Source: Squalus acanthias (Eukaryota). From it: a stretch of 64,000 nucleotides of DNA. The translations under genes and the position numbers were made by a program. The stretch covers positions 150,290,001 through 150,354,000 of the forward strand of contig CM059431.1 of the NCBI GenBank assembly GCA_030390025.1, written 5' to 3'. Position 1 is the stretch's first letter. Each line of letters opens with the position of its first letter. The notes under the pieces were generated by a model. That model was not told where the DNA came from, searched no databases, and saw only the letters and a list, made by a program, of their open reading frames with translations. Shown piece after piece: positions 58,195-64,000 of this stretch.

Positions 58195-61100
58195 AGTTTG
58201 TCTGCCCCGGGCCGGGGAGAGAGTGTCTGTCCTGGGCCGGAGAGAGAGAGTGTCTGTCCTGGGCCGGAGAGAGAGAGTGTGTGTCCTGGGCCGGAGAGAG
58301 AGAGTGTCTGTCCTGGGCCGGAGAGAGAGAGTGTGTGTCCTGGGCCGGAGAGAGAGAGCGTGTGTCCTGGGCCGGGGGGAGAGAGCGTGTGTCCTGGGCC
58401 GGAGAGAGAGAGCGTCTGTCCTGGGCCGGGGGGAGAGAGCGTGTGTCCTGGGCCGGGGGGAGAGAGCGTGTGTCCTGGGCCGGAGAGAGAGAGCGTCTGT
58501 CCTGGGCCGGGGGGAGAGAGCGTCTGTCCTGGGCCGGGGGGGAGAGAGCGTCTGTCCTGGGCCGGGGGGGAGAGAGCGTGTGTCCTGGGCCGGAGAGAGA
58601 GAGCGTGTGTCCTGGGCCGGAGAGAGAGAGCGTCTGTCCTGGGCCGGAGAGAGAGAGCGTCTGTCCTGGGCCGGAGAGAGGGAGCGTGTGTCCTGGGCCG
58701 GGGAGAGCGTGTGTCCTGGGCCGGAGAGGGAGCGTCTGTCCTGGGCCGGAGAGAGAGAGCGTCTGTCCTGGGCCGGAGAGAGAGAGCGTCTGTCCTGGGC
58801 CGGAGAGAGAGAGCGTCTGTCCTGGGCCGGAGAGAGGGAGCGTGTGTCCTGGGCCGGAGAGAGGGAGAGTGTGTCCTGGGCCGGAGAGGGAGCGTGTCTG
58901 TCCTGGGCCGGAGAGAGAGTGTGTGTGTCCTGGGCCGGGGAGAGAGTGTGTGTGTGTGTCCTGGGCCGGAGAGAGGGAGCGTGTGTCCTGGGCCGGAGAG
59001 AGGGAGCGTGTGTCCTGGGCCGGAGAGAGGGAGCGTGTGTCCTGGGCCGGAGAGAGGGAGCGTGTGTCCTGGGCCGGAGAGAGGGAGCGTGTGTCCTGGC
59101 CGGAGAGAGGGAGCGTGTGTCCTGGGCCGGAGAGAGGGAGCGTGTGTCCTGGGCCGGAGAGAGGGAGCGTGTGTCCTGGGCCGGAGAGAGGGAGCGTGTG
59201 TCCTGGGCCGGAGAGAGGGAGCGTGTGTCCTGGGCCGGAGAGAGGGAGCGTGTGTCCTGGGCCGGAGAGAGGGAGCGTGTGTCCTGGGCCGGAGAGAGGG
59301 AGCGTGTGTCCTGGGCCGGAGAGAGGGAGCGTGTGTCCGGGGCCGGAGTGAGGGAGCGTGTGTCCGGGGCCGGAGAGAGGGAGCGTGTGTCCGGGGCCGG
59401 AGAGAGGGAGCGTGTGTCCGGGGCCGGAGAGAGGGAGCGTGTGTCCGGGGCCGGAGAGAGGGAGCGTGTGTCCGGGGCCGGAGAGAGGGAGCGTGTGTCC
59501 GGGGCCGGAGAGAGGGAGCGTGTGTCCGGGGCCGGAGAGGGAGCGTGTCTGTCCTGGGCCGGAGAGGGAGCGTGTCTGTCCTGGGCCGGAGAGGGAGCGT
59601 GTCTGTCCTGGGCCGGAGAGGGAGCGTGTCTGTCCTGGGCCGGAGAGGGAGCGTGTCTGTCCTGGGCCGGAGAGGGAGCGTGTCTGTCCTGGGCCGGAGA
59701 GGGAGCGTGTCTGTCCTGGGCCGGAGAGGGAGCGTGTCTGTCCTGGGCCGGAGAGGGAGCGTGTCTGTCCTGGGCCGGAGAGGGAGCGTGTCTGTCCTGG
59801 GCCGGAGAGGGAGCGTGTCTGTCCTGGGCCGGAGAGGGAGCGTGTCTGTCCTGGGCCGGAGAGGGAGCGTGTCTGTCCTGGGCCGGAGAGGGAGCGTGTC
59901 TGTCCTGGGCCGGAGAGGGAGCGTGTCTGTCCTGGGCCGGAGAGGGAGCGTGTCTGTCCTGGGCCGGAGAGGGAGCGTGTCTGTCCTGGGCCGGAGAGGG
60001 AGCGTGATTGTCCTGGGCCGGAGAGGGAGCGTGATTGTGTGTCCTGGGCCGGAGAGGGAGCGAGATTGTGTGTCATGGGCCGGAGAGGGAGCGAGATTGT
60101 GTGTCCTGGGCCGGAGAGGGAGCGAGATTGTGTGTCCTGGGCCGGAGAGGGAGCGAGATTGTGTGTCCTGGGCCGGAGAGGGAGCGAGATTGTGTGTCCT
60201 GGGCCGGAGAGGGAGCGAGATTGTGTGTCCTGGGCCGGAGAGGGAGCGAGAGAGCATCTGAACCGGGCCGGAGAGAGACTGTGTGTCCCGGGCCGGAGAG
60301 AGAGAGAGCGTGTGTACCTGGCCGGAGAGAGAGAGAGAGCGTCTGTCCCGGGCCGGAGAGAGAGAGAGAGAGCGTCTGTCCCGGGCCGGAGAGAGAGAGA
60401 GCGTCTGTCCCGGGCCGGAGAGAGAGAGAGCGTCTGTCCCGGGCCGGAGAGAGAGAGAGCGTCTGTCCTGGGCCAGAGCGTGTGTCCTGGGCCTCAGAGA
60501 GAGAGTATGTGTGTGTCCTGGGCCGGAGAGTGTGTGTGTGTGTGTCCTGGGCCGGAGACAGAGCTTGTGTGTCCTGGGCCGGAGAGATACTGTGTGTCCC
60601 GGGCCGGAGAGAGTATGTGTGTGTCTGGGCCGGAGAGAGTGTGTGTGTCCTGGGCCGGAGAGAGAGCATGTGTCCTGGGCCGGAGAGAGAGAGCGTGTGT
60701 CCTGGGCAGGAGAGAATGTGTGTGTCCTGGGCCGGAGAGAGAGAGCGTGTGTCCTGGGCCGGAGAGAGAGAGCGTGTGTCCCGGGCCGGAGAGAGTATGT
60801 GTGTGGCTGGGCCGGAGAGAGTGTGTGTGTCCTGGGCCGGAGAGAGAGCATGTGTCCTGGGCCGGAGAGAGAGAGCGTGTGTCCTGGGCAGGAGAGAATG
60901 TGTGTGTCCTGAGCCGGAGAGAGAGAGCGTGTGTCCTGGGCCGGAGAGAGAGAGCGTGTGTCCTGGGTCGGAGAGAGAGAGACTGTGTGTCCCGGGCCGG
61001 AGAGAGACTGTGTGTCCCGGGCCGGAGAGAGAGAGAGAGAGCGTCTGTCCCGGGCTGTAGAGAGAGAGAGAGCGTCTGTCCTGGGCCAGAGCGTGTGTCC

Positions 61101-64000
61101 TGGGCCTCAGAGAGAGTGTGTGTGTGTCCTGGGCCTCAGAGAGAGAGAGTGTGTGTGTCCTGGGCCGGAGAGAGTGTGTGTGTCCTGGGCCGGAGAGAGT
61201 GTGTGTGTGTGTCCTGGGCCGGAGAGAGTGTGTGTGTCCTGGGCCGGAGAGAGTGTGTGTGTCCTGGGCCGGAGAGTGGGTGTGTGTGTGTCCCGGGCCT
61301 CAGAGAGAGAGAGTGTGTGTGTGTGTCCTGGGCCGGAGAGAGGGAGCGTGTGTCCTGGGCCGGAGAGAGGGAGCGTGTGTCCTGGGCCGGAGAGAGGGAG
61401 CGTGTGTCCTGGGCCGGAGAGAGGGAGCGTGTGTCCGGGGCCGGAGAGAGGGAGCGTGTGTCCTGGGCCGGAGAGAGGGAGCGTGTGTCCTGGGCCGGAG
61501 AGAGGGAGCGTGTGTCCTGGGCCGGAGAGAGGGAGCGTGTGTCCGGGGCCGGAGAGAGGGAGCGTGTGTCCGGGGCCGGAGAGAGGGAGCGTGTGTCCGG
61601 GGCCGGAGAGAGGGAGCGTGTGTCCGGGGCCGGAGAGAGGGAGCGTGTGTCCCGGGCCGGAGAGAGGGAGAGCGTCTGTCCCGGGCCAGAGAGAGAGAGC
61701 GTCTGTCCCGGGCCAGAGCGTGTGGCCTGGGCCTCAGAGAGAGTGTGTGTGTGTGTATGGGCCAGAGAGAGAGAGCGTGTGTCCTGGGCCAGAGAGAGAG
61801 AGAGCGTGTGTCCTGGGCCAGAGAGAGAGAGCGTGTGTCCTGGGCCAGAGAGAGAGAGAGAGTGTGTGTGTCCTGGGCCAGAGAGAGAGAGAGGGGGTGT
61901 GTGTCCTGTCCCAGAGAGAGAGAGAGGGGGTGTGTGTCCTGGGCCAGAGAGAGAGGGGGTGTGTCCTGGGCCGTAGGGAGGGTGTGTGTCCTGGGCCGGA
62001 GGGAGGGGGTGTATATTGGGCCGGAGAGAGGGGGTGTGTCCTGGGCCCGAGAGAGGGGGTGTGTCCTGGGGTGTAGGGAGGGGGTGTGTATTGGGCCGTA
62101 GGGAGGGGGTGTGTCTTGGGCCGTAGGGAGGGGGTGTGTATTGGGCCGTAGGGAGGGGGTGTGTATTGGGCCGGAGAGAGGGGGTGTGTATTGGGCCGGA
62201 GGGAGGGGGTGTGTCCTGGGCCGGAGGGAGGGGGGGTGTCCTGGGCCGGAGAGGGTGTGTGTCCTGGGCCGGAGAGAGGGGGTGTGTCCTGGGCCGGAGA
62301 GAGGGGGTGTGTCCTGGGCCGGAGAGAGGGGGGTGTGTCCTGGGCCGTAGGGAGGGGTGTATATTGGGCCGTAGGGAGGGGGTGTGTCCTGGGCCGTAGG
62401 GAGGGGGTGTGTCCTGGGCTGGAAAGAGGGGGTGTGTATTGGGCCGGAGGGAGGGGGTGTGTATCCTGGGCCGGAGAGAGGGGGTGTGTGTCCTGGGCCG
62501 GAGAGAGGGTGTGTGTCCTGAGCCGGAGAGAGGGGGTGTGTCCTGGGCCGGAGAGAGGGGGTGTGTGTCCTGGGCCGGAGAGAGGGGGTGTGTCCTGGGC
62601 CGGAGAGAGGGGGTGTGTGTCCTGGGCCGGAGAGAGGGGGTGTGTCCTGGGCCGGAGAGAGGGGGTGTGTGTCCTGGGCCGGAGAGAGAGGGTGTGTCCT
62701 GGGCCGGAGAGAGTGGGTGTGTGTCCTGGGCCGGAGAGAGGGGGTGTGTGTCCTGGGCCGGGGAGAGGGGGTGTGTGTCCTGGGCCGGGGAGAGGGGGTG
62801 TGTGTCCTGGGCCGGAGAGAGGGGGTGTGTCCTGGGCCAGAGAGAGGGGGTGTGTCCTGGGCCGGAGAGAGGGGGTGTGTCCTGGGCCGGAGAGAGGGGG
62901 TGTGTATTGGGCCGTAGGGAGGGGGTGTGTATTGGGCCGTAGGGCGGGGGTGTATTGGGCCGGAAAGAGGGGGTGTGTCCTGGGGTGTAGGGAGGGGGTG
63001 TGTCCTGGGGTGTAGGGAGGGGGTGTGTATTGGTTCGTAGGGAGGGGGTGTGTATTGGTTCGTAGGGAGGGGGTGTGTCCTGGGCCGGAGGGAGGGGGTG
63101 TGTCCTGGGCCGGAGGGAGGGGGTGTGTCCTGGGCCGGAGAGAGGGGGTGTGTATTGGGCCGGAGAGAGGGGGGGTGTCCTGGGCCGGAGAGAGGGGGTG
63201 TGTCCTGGGCCGGAGAGAGGGGGTGTGTGTCCTGGGCCGGAGAGAGGGGGTGTGTATTGGGCCGGAGAGAGGGGGTGTGTCCTGGGCCGGAGAGAGGGGG
63301 TGTGTGTCCTGGGCCGGAGAGAGGGGGTGTGTGTCCTGGGCCGGAGAGAGGGGGTGTGTGTCCTGGGCCGGAGAGAGGGGGTGTCCGTCCTGGGCCGGAG
63401 AGAGGGTGTGTGTGTCCTGGGCCGGAGAGAGGGGGTGTGTGTCCTGGGCCGGAGAGAGGGGATGTCAGTGTGTCTGCCCTGGGCCGGAGAGAGTGTGTGT
63501 GTCCTGGGCGAGAGTGCGTGTGTCCTGGGCCTCGGAGAGAGTGTGTGTGGATTGGGCCAGTGAGTGTGTGTGGATTGGGCCAGAGAGAGAGAGTGTGTCC
63601 TGGGCCTCGGAGAGAAGTGTGTCCTGGGTCAGAGAGAGAGAGAGAGAGAGTGTGTGTATGTCCTGGGCCAGAGAGAGAGAGAGAGAGAGTGTGTGTCCTG
63701 GGCCTCGGAGAGAAGTGTGTCCTGGGTCAGAGAGAGAGAGAGAGTGTGTGTATGTCCTGGGCCAGAGAGAGAGAGAGAGTGTGTGTCCTGGGCCAGAGAG
63801 AGGGAGAGAGAGAGAGATAGTGTGTCCTGGGCCAGAGAGAGAGAGAGAGAGTGTGTGTGTCCTGGGCCAGAGAGAGAGAGTGTGTATTGGGCCTGAGAGA
63901 GAGAGAGTGTGTGTGTATTGGGCCTGAGAGAGAGAGAGTGTGTGTATGTCCTGGGCCAGAGAGAGGGAGAGAGAGAGAGATAGTGTGTCCTGGGCCAGAG
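58195..64000 (+). repeat. Continuation of the GTGTCCTGGGCCGGAGAG satellite in homogeneous sub-blocks, running off the window
   Basis: Roughly 25-30-bp units with block-specific variants. Confidence 0.97.

Noticed and set aside
54834..63927. Many long RE/SL-rich ORFs on both strands
   Set aside because: Translations of the satellite; no domain content.

Overview
Eukaryotic, repeat-dense vertebrate DNA, most likely a shark or other cartilaginous fish (inferred from the CR1/L2/Deu-SINE/Penelope repeat mix and the protein sequences). Two host genes lie on the + strand. Nine internal coding exons of PATL1 (3733-30308) splice in frame at GT-AG sites; its last coding exon(s) are not visible and there is a 706-N gap at 37511-38216. 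The CCAAT/TALE-motif-rich promoter and first coding exon of OSBP (54659-54783) follow, in the same order as in human. The rest is mostly CR1, L2, RTE and other LINE fragments, SINEs, AT-flanked TIR elements and large tandem arrays. The most informative structure is a decayed Mag-like Gypsy LTR element (38685-48611) that can be reassembled across eight nested insertions and one internal inversion; one insertion is a Penelope-like end carrying a minimal hammerhead ribozyme. Short internal segments of four different retroelements have each expanded into minisatellites. I found no convincing new protein-coding system, and the giant ORFs in the ORF track are artefacts of low-complexity repeats. Family assignments come from manual motif reading and recalled consensus sequences, not database searches.
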